Shown in pieces: positions 22,021-34,832 of a DNA stretch of 64,000 nucleotides. The notes beneath the pieces are model-generated. The model saw only the letters and a list, made by a program, of their open reading frames with translations, did no database searches and was not told the DNA's origin. How positions within the stretch are numbered: position 1 is the first letter of the stretch; the number at the start of each line of letters is the position of its first letter. Made by a program: the position numbers and the translations under genes. Location: contig JBHGNT010000007.1 in assembly GCA_043228905.1 (NCBI GenBank), positions 11,098,001 through 11,162,000 on the forward strand, in the 5' to 3' direction. This DNA comes from Azolla caroliniana (lineage: Eukaryota > Plantae > Polypodiophyta).

Positions 22021-23139
22021 ATGATTTAGTAATGCAGTTCTTGTGACCTACATTTAATTTTTTATATCATGGTACTAATGTTGAAGGTATTTTTGTTTCT
22101 TGCAATGAATGTTGTAGTGTCAAGCAACTCCACGCCAGGGAAGGTAATGGAACAACCAACCCCTGTGCCTAAACCCTCGGTATCTGCTGCACATTCCAAG
22201 GTTCAGGGACCATCATTACCAGTAACCTATGAGTTGTATGATGAAGATGAATATATGAGAAGGGTCATTGGAGCAGTGGAACATATGCTTCTACAAACAA
22301 ATTCCCCAAGTTCCGGTCAACATCAAAACAATCCAGGTAACACAAATTGAGTTAGCATATCTTAATTCTCATTTGTGTGTATGTTGAATGCCTAATGTCT
22401 TTAAAAAAGAGCCCACTAAGAAGAGGAATGTTGCAAGAAAGTTGTATGGAAAGGGCAAGAAAGGCAAAGTTGAATGCAATGGTGAGTCATATATGTTCTC
22501 ACCTATCCGGAGAGTTGTCAACCTAATGCATTGTCTAATACCATGTACTTGTGTTACTAGTTGATGACGAAATGATCTTTGGTGAGGGAGATACAAGTCC
22601 AAAACTTGATCATGAAGACGAAATTATCACACTCCCAGGTACATGTCAAAAGCCCTATAAGAAAACAATGATTTAGATCATAACAACCCTATTATAGTGG
22701 TGCTTTTGGTGCATTCTATAGATACTATTATGAAATCTTCTATTGACAATGAGCTCCAACCTGTTGAACACTTAGATGTTGTGGAGAAGATGACCGAACC
22801 TACCACTTGCAATGGGTTGTCTACGGCTGTACAGTATGACGATGTAACAATAGGTAAAATGTGGCTATTAACCCTATGTTCATTGTTGTTGGTATGTTTG
22901 CAAACTTTTGAGGATGTGAGTTGATATTAATATTCTCTAGAATCCCATTATTTAGGTTTACAAGATCATTTTGATTCCCAACTGCAATGAAATGAATCAG
23001 GAACTATATGGAGCACAAGTGCAGAGTCAGATTCTGGGATTAACCTTTGCACAGAGGCAGACTCTGGGAACACATCTTCCACACACGAGGACTATGAAAA
23101 AAAGGAAGCATTCATATTTGAAGAGCAAGTGGCATGTAC

Positions 23140-24211
23140 AAACAACAATTTGTCTAAAGAAGCCCATGAGGTGTGTGGAAAGAATATCGCTAGTACTGAA
23201 GAGGAGCCTGATTGTACTGAGAATGTGCTAGTAGTGTCTATAGAAGTCCATGAGGAGTGTGGAAAGAATATAGCTAGTACTAAAGAGGAGCCTGAATGTA
23301 CTGAGAATGTGCTAGTAGTGTCTAAAGAAGCCCATGAGGAGTGTCTAAAGAAGCCCATGAGGAGTGTCTAAAGAAGCCCACAACTCACATACAAGAGTCT
23401 AATTGTACTAAGAATGAGTATACTAGCATCACCGATGATGATAGGGCAATAAAGACCACCCAAGAAGGAGAGCACAGTGGTCTTAAGAATGAGGTGACTA
23501 TCACCAGCCAAGAGGAGTTCACCATGAGTACTGCTATAGCCCACATACATGAGCCTAATTGTACTGAGAATGAGCATACTAGCAACAACACGAGTACTAA
23601 AACAACCCACATACATGAGATGAGTGATAATTTGACCATCAACAATACCTTTGTGGATGTGTGTACAAGCATTGCAATTGTAGAAAACACCATTTCTCTC
23701 TCAAGCTTGCCACGGATACAAGATGCTCGTACATCCACACCCGTCTCTAATGCCTCTGATGATGAAGTGCCACTTAGTAAGTTGATACCTAAAGGCTTTA
23801 AGATAAAGAAGAATGTAAAATCACAAAAAATTGGCACCAATAACAAGCGCATTACAAGATCGGCGAAATTGTGAAATGGTGCATGATTGTCTTTCGATTG
23901 TACTTGAACTATAGCTGAACTGTTAGTGATGTCTGAACTTGAACTATTTGGTATACCAAAATATTGTCTAAATTGCTAATGTGAGATGATGAAGTGCCAC
24001 TTAGTAAGCTGATACCTAAAGGCTTTAAGATAAAGAAGAATGTAAAATCACAAAAAGCTGGCACCAATAACAAGCGCATTACAAGATTGGCGAAATTGTG
24101 AAATGGTGCCTGATTGTCTTTCAATTATACTTGAACTATAGCTGAACTGTTAGTGATGTCTGAACTTGAACTATTTGGTATACCAAAATACTGTCTAAAT
24201 TGCTAATGTGA
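23140..24211 (+). repeat. Coding-like repeats (EAHEECGKNIAST...CTEN) and a 227-bp direct duplication (23758-23984 / 23985-24211)
   Basis: Near-identical copies read directly. Confidence 0.85.
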
Positions 24212-24779
24212 AATGTTGTACTGACTCCAGTTCACTCATCTAGTGTTGTTAACATAATGTGAAATTCTATATTGCCAATTGTAGAGAATGAGAATGTATT
24301 CTATTGTTAATTGTCATGCAGCCATGATTGTGTTGAACTACAACTGAACTGTTACCAACCTACTGTCTAAATTGCCCCTGTGAAATGTTGTGAAGATCAG
24401 ATCACTCATCTAGTGTTGTAGTGTAATGTGAAATTCTATCTTGCTAATTGTAGAGAATGAGAATGTATTCTATTGTCAATTTGTCATGCAGCCATGAATG
24501 TAGTAGGGAACAATTTGACATTCATATTAGTACTAAAATAAGATGTATGTATCCGTCTAACTGAGATACTTCGGGAGACTACTATGTATTAGTGAACACT
24601 TACAATTGACATTAGTACTAAACTAATATGTATATTGATACTTGCGAAGTATGGCCTCCTTGAGTGCACATAGTCAGAGTCGAATAGAGACTTAACACAA
24701 TAGGGATTAGACTACTGGTATTGATAGTTGAATAAGTTTGGGCCATATTGATGCTACTAAGTATTGAAGACTCCACACC

Positions 24780-25328
24780 CTAAACCATAGAAACAAGCAA
24801 CTCTATAATTACCATGAACACTTTCTCAATAATCTCTTGAGATAAGGCATCACATCGTCGTCTACGTCCCAACCCCAGCCACTTGTATTGGCTTGAGTGT
24901 ATATTTTGGCGATGTTTCCTCAAGTTCCTTCTTTGAATACCCAGGGCTAAGGCAACTTTAGCATCACTATATTTTTTTTCTCTTGCACCGTTCACAACCA
25001 TGTGTAGGGTTGCCCTCTTTGCAGCAAGTTTGTCTATGCTCTCTACACCTTTCACTAAGTCTAAGGACGACTCCATAGACTCTACAATCTCTTTTGAAAC
25101 ACATTGGTCCCTAAATTTTATTCTCCCCATGTCTTCATTCAAACGTTGATTGTGTAACACTCTACATATAATATCCCTACAATCCTCTTCACTAAATCTC
25201 TTCGTTATTTCTAGCAAATAATGGACTATGTGAAGAACCACTCGTCTCTTGGTCCTTTCAGATATACATGAGTTACTTGACAACTCACTCTTGTTGGGGA
25301 TCCCCATTTGGTCACTAGATTTATCCAA
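24780..25328 (-). pseudogene. Probable N-terminal part of the element's transposase (catalytic part missing)
   Basis: 182-aa ORF with an HTH-like AKVALALGIQRRNL followed by RRRRCDALSQE. It is convergent with the accessory gene. Confidence 0.5.
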
Positions 25329-25532
25329 AAAAATTAAGTGTCTTGCAAGAGTAGTTAATGTTATATAGACTACACTAAGAAATCACAGTTAAATGTTTTT
25401 AAATGCGGCTTGCAAAGTGAGAAATAATTCATTTCGGACATTAGCAATACGGATCAAAGATGAAAATGATCATTTATTTATTCACAAATTTCTAAAAATG
25501 AAAAAATTTAGTACTGAAAATGAAAAAATAGA

Positions 25533-25805
25533 TGGAAGGAACCTCTAATGGTGGAGGGAGCGTTGAATCTATGTGATATGTTGCCTCAATTTGGTGGAAG
25601 GAACCTCCAATGGTGGAGGGAGCATTGAATCTATGTGATATGTTGCCTCGATTTGGTGGAAGGAACCTCCAATGGTGGAGGGAGCATTGAATCTATGTGA
25701 TATGTTGCCTCGATTTGGTGGAAGGAACCTCCAATGGTTGAGGGAGCGTTGAATCTGTGTGATATGCCGCCTCGATTCGGTGGAAGGATCCTCGCCTCGG
25801 TGGAA
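25533..25805. repeat. 62-bp tandem repeat, about 4.3 copies
   Basis: tggaaggaacctccaatggtggagggagc... units start at 25533, 25595, 25657, 25719 and 25781. Confidence 0.92.
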
Positions 25806-27102
25806 AAAGCCCGTAATATCCGCGAGATAAACTGCAATCGGTGGAAGAAGTAAGAAAATTGTTCTCGAAGAAGTCACTATTGGCTGTTATAAGAGGCCTC
25901 AGAACAGTCTCTAATCCTCAACGCAAACCCTAAAACAGAAACCCTAACAAAACCACAAATCCTCAACTCAAAACTAGAAACCTGACATGGATGTCTGAGA
26001 CGAAGAGCTCAGAGGGATAGAGGAAGAGGAGTAAGAGGAGTTGGTTTGAGGGGCAGTGCCAAAAACGATGTGAGGGGAAAATAGCCCCCAAAATGGAAAG
26101 AACATCTCCTCACGTGTTCCCCCACTCCTTGTCTTAAATGACACTTGTACTACACTCACCCCACTCCCCAAAATCAATTTTTTTTTTCTCTGATTTTTCT
26201 TCTCAATTATTTACTACTAACAGTATCGAAAGAACTGACATTTTTTGTGGCAAAAAACAATACTTTTCTGGTACACCGTAGCATGCTTCCACCCTTATTC
26301 AAGTGTGGTATTAATCGCGCAGGATAAATATTATCCTCAAGTGATGCATAATGATCCTTATGATCAGTTTTTGGTTCTAGAAAACACCTTTTTTTGCGAG
26401 GTTGTGTGGGTGGTTGGGATTTATGCCCCTAACCAAGCCACTCAACATATTGCATTATGGGACTCACTCCTTCAGACCCTATGTGTGGGCCATCTAGGGT
26501 TACTTATGGGGGATTTTAACATGTGTGTTGATCATGTTAAGTTGTCTGCTATTGTTACTCATCCCTTGTTAGTGATATTATCAAGGCTTGCAACAAATGG
26601 TGACATTGTGGGGCTACACCTTCCGTCTGGAGGGCAACTAGTAGCACAAACTTTGGTTGATGATTCTTTCATGTTTCCACAAGCCTCATGAGAGAATCTT
26701 GAGAAGGGGATGCTTGTATGGAACCAATTTGCATTGGCTTCCGGATTACATATAATTGGAGGAAGTCTAGTCTCATATCATGTACTAAAAGGGATTTGGG
26801 ATGTTTAGGGTGACACGGATCTGTGGTGAAGGAAGGCTCTATTTTTCGACACTTGGGCTATCCATTAGGAATGAATGTTACAAATGGTCAATTGATTGAA
26901 TGGATGTCTAATAAGTTGAGGGATAAGTTCATGTATTGGAAGTCACAATCTTGGCCATTTCATGTACGCTTGAAGGTTGTACAATGTATTATGGAACCCA
27001 TGATACTATATTACTTGCCATTGTTGCTAGGACAAAGAAGGCTTTGCATAATGTTTTGCAACCTCTTCGATATTTGTTGTGGAAGAAGAGGGATAAGATG
27101 GG

Positions 27103-27361
27103 CATAATACGTAATATGCTCGAATGCATTGGCAAACATTCTTTTTCATACGAATGCAAACGAATGCGTATGTTATCAAAACATTCTTGTGTTTTTTTAT
27201 TATTACACTTTTTACCTTAACTTTCTTACCTTAAAATCGTTTTTACCTTATAATAAGTAATGAATACAAAAGTATGGTACTTCGACAATGTTTACCATAC
27301 TGGAATGATCGAAGCATTCTCGAATGTGAATGCACGTATGGTATATATGGTTCATACTATG
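27103..27361. mobile_element. 259-bp hAT-type MITE in LINE ORF2
   Basis: 8-bp TSD AAGATGGG. Termini cataatacg / catactatg. Internal cgaatg repeats. Confidence 0.85.
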
Positions 27362-28738
27362 AAGATGGGAATCACATGGGTTGCGTGGAATCACCTAGCA
27401 ACCCCTAAGCACTTGGGGGGAGCTGGAATATTAAACTTATCTATGCATATGGTGGCTCGTATATTTTCATTATTACAAGACATGTGTTCAAACTCACAAC
27501 CATGGATATCTATTGTTCAATATTTCATTGAGAACAAGGGTTTAACACATGGGAGGACAATGATTATGGCTTCATGGTGGCAATTACTGAATGGATGTAT
27601 TTCACTTAGGAATTTGGGGTCTTCATGTGTTCAACACTTGGTTACCTCATGGCAAGAAGCACTCTTGTTATGTGTATGGAAACCATAATCTAGTAGAGAA
27701 CATTGTAATTCTTTGTAAAAAGAGTTACTTGTGTCTTCATGGTTATTATGTTGGCCAGGAAAGGAGAGATTGCACTCTCAATTTAATCATTTGTTTCGTT
27801 TGGGGGTCAATGAGGTGGGAGATATAATTGAGGCTCCATCTTAAAGAATTTTGGAGTTTGTTGAAACGTGACAATTATTACGCATCCCGCTTATTTATGG
27901 GTTTATATGGCAACAACTACAAAATATTGCATTGATGCAAGGTCCCTTACCTTCACAAACAAGAGAACAACCGTGGATTGATTGGTGTTTACAGGGTGAA
28001 ACGTCGTTGTTACAAGTGACTACCAATCTTTTATATCATTGCTCTGTTGAGTCTCTTGGATGACTATCATCTAAGGTGGAAGAAGAACGGAAAATACACA
28101 AACCTGATCATGGGTGGTGGTAGATCTTACAATGTAGTTGGCATTCTAAATTGTCAGTTGTAGCAAAGGCCTTCATTTGGAGAGTTTTGATTGGAGGATT
28201 GCCTTTGGGATTAGCTCTAAAGCATCGTGGACTAGCAACGGGTAATTGCTTCTTTTGCACTTTTCAAATGGAAGCTAATATTCATCGATTTGTACAATGT
28301 CCGATTGCTTGTCAGATTTGGAGTTACATTTCTTGAATTTGGGAAGTTTTATCACGGTGTGATAGTGGGTGTTTGCACAATTTACACAGGTTGACCCAAA
28401 ATCAGAGATGGGGATCGTTTTTCTTATTTCTGAGATATTGGGGATTGCGTCATAATTGGGACATGCGCAACGCTTTTGTATTCTATGGTAGACATGGAGT
28501 GAAAGCATATCTACGAAAGTTAAAGGGAGTACTAATGTGACAATTTTCTTTATTGGAGCACGTGGAAATTCTTTCCTCAATGGAGTGTTCGTCTTGCCTA
28601 TTTATTGGCAATTTTAACATGTTCCATTACTACTCATGTAGTGTAGTGTAGTTAGTGGGTGACCATACTCCATTTGTCATGCCCATTGTAAGTAGTGATT
28701 TCCACACACATTTATTAATATAATTGTGTGTTTTCACC

Positions 28739-29276
28739 TAGCAATGGGCACGGTTCGGTTTGATTTCAAGGCAAAGAAACCAAACCAAACCAAACCGTTT
28801 ATGAACTCTCATTATTTAAACCAAACCATTTAAGAAAAAGTTAAAACCAAACCGTTTAGGGAAAAGTTGAAACTGAATCGAACCATTTAATAAAAAATTT
28901 AAACGTAACAACTTAAGTCAAACTAGTTAAACATCTAAAGAAACAAAATTTCATTAAATTAAATAAGCATTTGAGTTAAATTTATTAAATCAATAAAGAA
29001 ACTTTATTTGAACCATTAAATTAAATAAACATTTAAGTTAAATGAATTAAATCAATAAACAACCATTAATTAAACCATTACATTAATAAACTATTAAGGT
29101 AAAAAAAAAAGTTAACCAAAAACCTATAAACCCGAGTTTTAGAACCGAACAGAACTGAAATCGAACCGTTTATCGGGAGTCCAAACCAAACCATTAAATA
29201 TTTTTGGAACCAATAAACCGTTAAACCATGGCTTAACGGTTTGGTTGGGTTTGAGCTAAAACCGTGCCCATTGCTA
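28739..29276. mobile_element. 538-bp hAT-type MITE upstream of RER1
   Basis: Perfect 17-bp TIR TAGCAATGGGCACGGTT, 8-bp TSD TTTTCACC, and many AAACC(G) subterminal repeats. Confidence 0.95.
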
Positions 29277-29730
29277 TTTTCACCAAAAAGAAGAAAGAGA
29301 GAAAGAGACGAATGGATGGCCATCTCAAATTTCAATTTCAATCTCAATCTCATGAGTTGAGTTCAGAGTTATGTATGTATGTATGTATGTATGTATGTAT
29401 GTATGTATGAAGGAAAAGAAGGAAGGGAAGTATGTACATAAAAGGAAGAAGAAATCCGTCTCCCTCTCCCAAGACCCAACTTTGTGTGTGTGTGTGTGTT
29501 GCAGGGAGAGAGAGACAGAAAGTAAAGGAAAGAAGGGAAGACAACAAAACAAAGAAAAGGCCTCTTCTTCTTCTTCTCCATTCTTAGAGATCTCCCATTC
29601 ATCCGCGTTTGTCGATCTACACATTCATTCATTCATTCATTCAGAGATCAGATCAGATCGAATCGACGTTGTTATTGCTTGGACGTTGTTATTGCTTTGC
29701 TTGCTGTGGCATCAATCATCATCAGGAGAG

Positions 29731-31936
29731 ATGGAAGCAGCAGCAACAGCAGCAGCATCAACAACAACAACAACATCTTTGTACACAGGGGAAATGGAGA
29801 CGAAGTCATCAGTAGTAGTAGTGGGGGGTGATGGTGATGGTGATGGTGATGGTGGATCTTCTTCATCATCATCATCTAGATCTAGTAGCCTGTGGCTGCT
29901 GCGATGGCAGAGCAGGTTGTGGAGTAAATCACAACAATGGATGGACCGATGCACGCCATATCCCCTATGGAGATGGATGGCTACTGTGGCTGTTGCTTGC
30001 GTCTACAGCATCCGGGTCTTCTTCTTCCTCCACGGCTTCTACATCGTCACCTATGGCCTCGCCATTTACCTCCTCAACCTCCTCATCGCCTTCCTCTCCC
30101 CCCAAGTTGATCCAGACACCCTAGCCCCTTCCCTACCCACCAAAGCCACTGATGAATTCAAGCCATTCCTTCGTCGCTTGCCAGAGTTCAAATTCTGGTA
30201 TAAATTAACTTCTTCTTCTTCTTCTTCATCCTTCTTTTTTGATTCTCTTAAGACCATGGGTATTTTCTATTTTTTATTTTCCTCATTGTTTTCCTTCTAT
30301 ATGTGCGCTCATTTACATATCATCGAAAGAACCCTGCTTGGTTTCTTTCTTTCTTTACTACTACTTATTCCTTTGTATCTGCTTTTCTATATAGGTTCAC
30401 AATGTACATGGTTAAATTCCGTCCGTGATTTTGTTGCTACTGTTATCTTTCAAAACCCACTCCTTTCTCTCTTCTTCTTTTTTCTTGCACATGTTTATAT
30501 ATATATATATATATATATATATCATTTCAGCGGTTTTCTGGTTTCTTCTTTACTGTTATTCCCTGTGCGTCTATATGTATACACACATATAGTCTGCGTG
30601 TGTATGTTCTATTTATAGGATTTACTTGTTTCTTTTCTACTGTGTTGAAGAGTATTACAGAACTTGAGTTTCGTTTTTTCTTTCTGATTGTATGAACTCA
30701 GACAGGTCAATCAATGCTCTGTTCTTCTAGGTAGTTTTAGGACAAGATCAGGTATCAATGGATTATGCAAGATGCTCCTTTTAGGATACATTCCAAAAAT
30801 GACCATAACGTTTTTATATCTTTGGGTTTATTTGACATTTTTAGGAAGGTGGTATGAAGTGCCAGATATTCTCATCATATGTGTGTGAAGGTATAGAAGC
30901 CTATCTGTATATAGTGTAATCCAGTTGTTTTTGGTATAATTGGGCAAATGGGATGTCATAAAAAACTCTTTTAATGGTTCAAATTGCTATAGGAAAAACG
31001 AAGAAGAATTTATTTTCATTCTGCATATATGATTGTGGTTGATGATGACTCTGAATTTTACAGCATGGTGTTTGAAGGCTTTAGACATTTTTAAATTTAA
31101 TCTCGTGATGTTTTTTCTCATTGTACATATGATATTTCCTTAAACTTTTTGTGGTTTCACACATGGAAACTCCAGCATCTCTAACCAATACTTTGTATCC
31201 ATTGGCAGTTGCCAACAGATTCACGTACGGAGACAAAGTATGATTATCTATGATTGTGTTACAAAACAATGTACTTGTGAATGTAGGCATTACCCTCTTA
31301 AGCTAGCTCTATAGGGAGCTATGTCTCCATACAGACAGGCCTTTTACTGTTCAGATTGACAGATCCTTAAGCATGTGATGCTTAAAGTACAAATGTAAGC
31401 AGCGAGCTAAGCATATCTGTGATCCCAAGGTGAAGGAAGGAGGTCATTCTTGTGTAGGAAACAAATAAGAATTACACCTAATGTATGTTAAGTCCATAAA
31501 TTTAAGAATTAAGAGTATAATGTTCAGTTGTTTTTCAGTGATGCTTTGGTGATCTTGCAAGAGAATAGATTTGTACTCATAAATTTTCACTGCATTTGCA
31601 GGTACTCATTGACAAAAGCGATATGTATTGCATTCGTAATGACATTCTTTTCTGTGTTTGATATCCCTGTCTTTTGGCCCATTCTCTTGCTCTACTGGAT
31701 AGTACTCTTTGTCCTTACAATGAAGCGACAATTGAGACATATGATCAAGTACAAATATGTCCCATTTGATTTTGGTAAACAGGTGAATGCCATGTTTTTC
31801 TCTTTTGTAGTTTTATAGTTTATTTTGTATTCTAGTTCATCTTATTTTCTTGATGGTTGTGGTATATCTTGCATCGACACAGCGTTACGCAGGGAAGGCA
31901 GCAACATCTGAAAAGGCAAGCATTCCTAGAGATTAA
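29731..31936 (+). CDS. RER1: Protein RER1 (retrieval of ER membrane proteins), 3 coding exons: 29731-30197, 31602-31782, 31883-31936; about 233 aa
   Basis: Motifs [49 protein letters not shown]|[17 protein letters not shown] and [15 protein letters not shown]|RY. GT-AG introns are in phase. An alternative ATG exists at 29794. Confidence 0.95.
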
Positions 31937-33692
31937 AACCTGCTACACTCAATCGATGAGGCAAAGAGTGGTGATGGTCATTCTCTGTTTTTATTGTGTC
32001 CCCATTTCCCTCAAAATACACGTACCTCTCTTCACTGAGAAAGAATTTGTATAGAGAGAGCTTGGTTTAGAATTTTGAGAAATGAGCGGTATTTTTGGGA
32101 TTTTTTCGAAAATGAGAGTGGTACTTAATTGAGTTCTGGTGAACAATTTAAGGGGTATTTTGTTAAATTTACCTGCACTTTCAACTTTAGTGGAGAAAAC
32201 CAATAATCACAAAAGTTCATGTGTTTTGTAGTTGCAGTGTACTCTAATACGTGTCCATATTCACTGACAAATAATTTTGTAATGATGGTTACTTTGTGTA
32301 GGATTTCAAAAAACTTCAGGAGGATATAAGAACCTCGGGGATCAAAGATAATACTGATGCTGAGGCTTCTGGGTGAGGTGTTGATAAAGATTTGCTGAGA
32401 TAGCAGTTCTTAATGCCTTTTCGTCATGAGACCCATGTTTAGAGTTGTTCATTTAACAACACCTTTAGAATATTTAACATTGTTGTTTGATCACTTGCTT
32501 CAAACACTTGGAAAGGTCATTGGAATCATTTCGGATTTTTTTGTAAAATCAATCATGAGAAAAGGAGGTGCAATAATTTGCTATCCATACATAATTTCTT
32601 TTGGTTTGTCTATTCCAGCAGATTGTCCCTTGGTTTATGTAGATATATATTTGATGTAAACAGAGTTAGTAGTAGATATAATTTTGATCATTTTACTTAA
32701 ACAGAGTTAGTACTAGATATTATTTTGATCATTTTACTTTGTTTATGTTACATGGCACATGATGTTGCATTTTGCAGGGTGTTTTAGGTGGGTTATAATA
32801 CAATATCATTTTGACATTTTTACTTGGTATATAATAAACCAAGGGAATGGTATTGAGAGCTGGACAGGATGCTTCAAATGAATTTCATTCCAACTACCTC
32901 ATCCCATTTTATCAAATAATAGCCATCCTGTGGATAAACATTGACCAATAAAGAGATAAGGCTTAAATCATACATCTGTCTTCAAGGAGTTTCTGTTGGT
33001 TGTAATCATCGTCTAACTTCTTTTTCCAAAAAACTAATGAAGATTGTTTTCTCTTGCTAGCATGATTGTTGATTCTTCCTCCAAAGATTGGATATTTTCT
33101 TTGTTGGGCTTAATTTATTGACAAAAATGTTGATGCTATTTTATGTTGGAAGTCATTGGGATTATTGTGGGTTAGGCAGCCAGAAAGAAACAGAAAGAGT
33201 CAATTATGTATAAGCATGCCATTAGTGAGTTATATATGCATCAATTAGTTAATGTTATGCTCTTCTTTTCTACAATTGGGCCAAGTTTTTATTTGGAAAA
33301 GTGAATGCTAACCAAAAAATAAGGATTCATTCCTTTAGATTCTACAACACTGTTTGAATCTCCACATTATCCATTGTGATTTAGAGTTCCAAAGCCTACC
33401 CTCCAAAATTAGGAATATTATTCAATCCCTTGACAAAATTGAGCATATGTCCCTCCGCAAACAATAATCAATATCATGATCTCACAACGGTACCCCTCTA
33501 CACGAATGAGGGGAGATTCAAAATCAATTAACTATGGTAACGTACAAGTCCTCCCTAAGGTTCAGCTTGATCGTATTCTCAATAACATTTTATGACTTAC
33601 ATGAGACAAAGATTATGTTGTACAAATTATTCAATGAAAACAAGAAGATGCACAACAAAAACTATGCACGATACACCACAAAATTTTTGACA

Positions 33693-34828
33693 TGTTAGAA
33701 ACACGAGGCCTAGTTTAGAAACAACTCACAATTAACATATAAACTTGTACACAAAAGTTCTACTCTAAATATGTTAGAGTAGAACTAAGCAGAATGTAAA
33801 CTTTCCTCTAACGACTTAACCCCAACTAACAAGACACAAAATACCACCAAAGACTCACAACACGTAGTTGATGATGGAGGTGGTGATGTTCGAAATGTTG
33901 GTGTTCAATTGTGTACAGATGAGCATTGATGGAGCAAGAGAATCAACAAACTAATGTGCATGTTGCTAACCTATTCTCGTCCTTGTTGATGGATGTGAGC
34001 TTGCTCGAACCCCTTTCACACGACATTACATTTAAAAAAAAAAAGGGCGTCCAAGGCCCTCCACACGCCCAAATAACGTGGCTAGAAATGTTAACAATCT
34101 CCCCCTCTAGCTAGGCAATGAGAAGATTTCATTGAGCAACTTATTGTATCCAATCTAGCAAGGTTGGCACATAACTCAAGGTTTTCTTTAGAGGCTGCCT
34201 TTGTCAACATGTCAACAACATTGTCATCTGTGTGAATTTTCTTGAGTTGTTATAGTTGGTCTTCTTCAATTGCCGAGCGTAGGTAGTGATACCTCACATC
34301 CATACATGTTTCGTGCAAGAATGGTACATCAAGTTCTCGCTCAAATCTATTGCACTTTGATTATTACAAAAGATCACATAAGTTAGTTGATTCAAACCCA
34401 ATTTCGAAGCAAACCTTTTCATCCAAAGCATCTCTTTGCCAACTTCGGTGGTTGTAATATATTCTGCTATTGTAGTAGACAAAATGACACATTTTTGCAA
34501 CTTAGATTGCCATTGTACAACTCCCCCTACAAAAGTAAATAGGTAAGAGGAAGTAGATTTTCTCCCATCGAGATCCCCAACCATGTCTTCATCTAAAAAA
34601 CCTTTAGTATTGGTTTATAATCTCCAAAACATAAGCATAGTTTGGATGTACCTCTTAAAATTTTGTTGTAAAGATCCATTTTACGCAATCCCAATGAGAC
34701 TTACAAGGATTGGAGACATATCTACTTACAACACTACGACATGGACAATATCTAGCCTTGTACTAACCATAGCATACATTAAGGAACCAATTACTGAAGA
34801 GTAAAGAATTGAAAACATCTCTTCTTAA
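33693..34828 (-). mobile_element. Old copia 3' remnant (RT end, RNase H, PPT, 3' LTR; left boundary uncertain)
   Basis: YSSVIGSLMYAMV, DGRKSTSSYLFTFVGGVVQWQSKLQKCV and CNNQSAIDL. PPT rc tctccccct adjoins ttaaca at 34096. Confidence 0.8.
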
Positions 34829-34832
34829 CACT

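Larger units (their letters stand above)
18523..26294. mobile_element. 7.8-kb Sola2-like DNA transposon derivative
   Basis: TIR gggtcaaagcaagctacggtatacca versus rc gggtggaagcatgctacggtgtacca. 4-bp TSD ttgt/ttat; excision restores the LINE endonuclease frame (NH-YSS). GRG..CYC termini with a 4-bp TSD fit Sola2. Confidence 0.7.
18330..28600 (+). pseudogene. LINE ORF2 relic (APE endonuclease, partial RT, zf-RVT)
   Basis: Endonuclease: WNVRG...DVLCAVEHK (~18345-18520), then YSSVVLI...GIYAPN...MGDFN (26296-26520). An internal deletion jumps to RT ...LVDDS, RHLGYPLG and WVAWNHLATPKHLGGAGI. C-terminal KAFIWR...CFFC...HRFVQC. Confidence 0.85.
4321..29290 (+). mobile_element. Degenerate L1-type LINE fragmented by five nested insertions
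   Basis: ORF1 pieces lie at 4321-4563, 11649-12158 and 17496-~18290. ORF2 pieces lie at ~18330-18522, 26295-27102 and 27362-~28600. The 3' end is ttttcacc followed by an A-rich tail at 29285. Reading frames rejoin when the insertions are removed. Confidence 0.8.

Noticed and set aside
18536-26281. Tc1/mariner (TA TSD) or Helitron interpretation of the 7.8-kb insert
   Set aside because: The inverted repeat extends outward to GGG/CCC, and only the 4-bp TSD boundary restores the LINE reading frame.
29371-30618. 415-aa ORF as a single-exon gene
   Set aside because: It is RER1 exon 1 extended by microsatellite upstream sequence and intron read-through. Splice sites give the canonical protein.
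32075-32175. TIR-like fragment in the RER1 3' region
   Set aside because: No partner end or TSD is visible.
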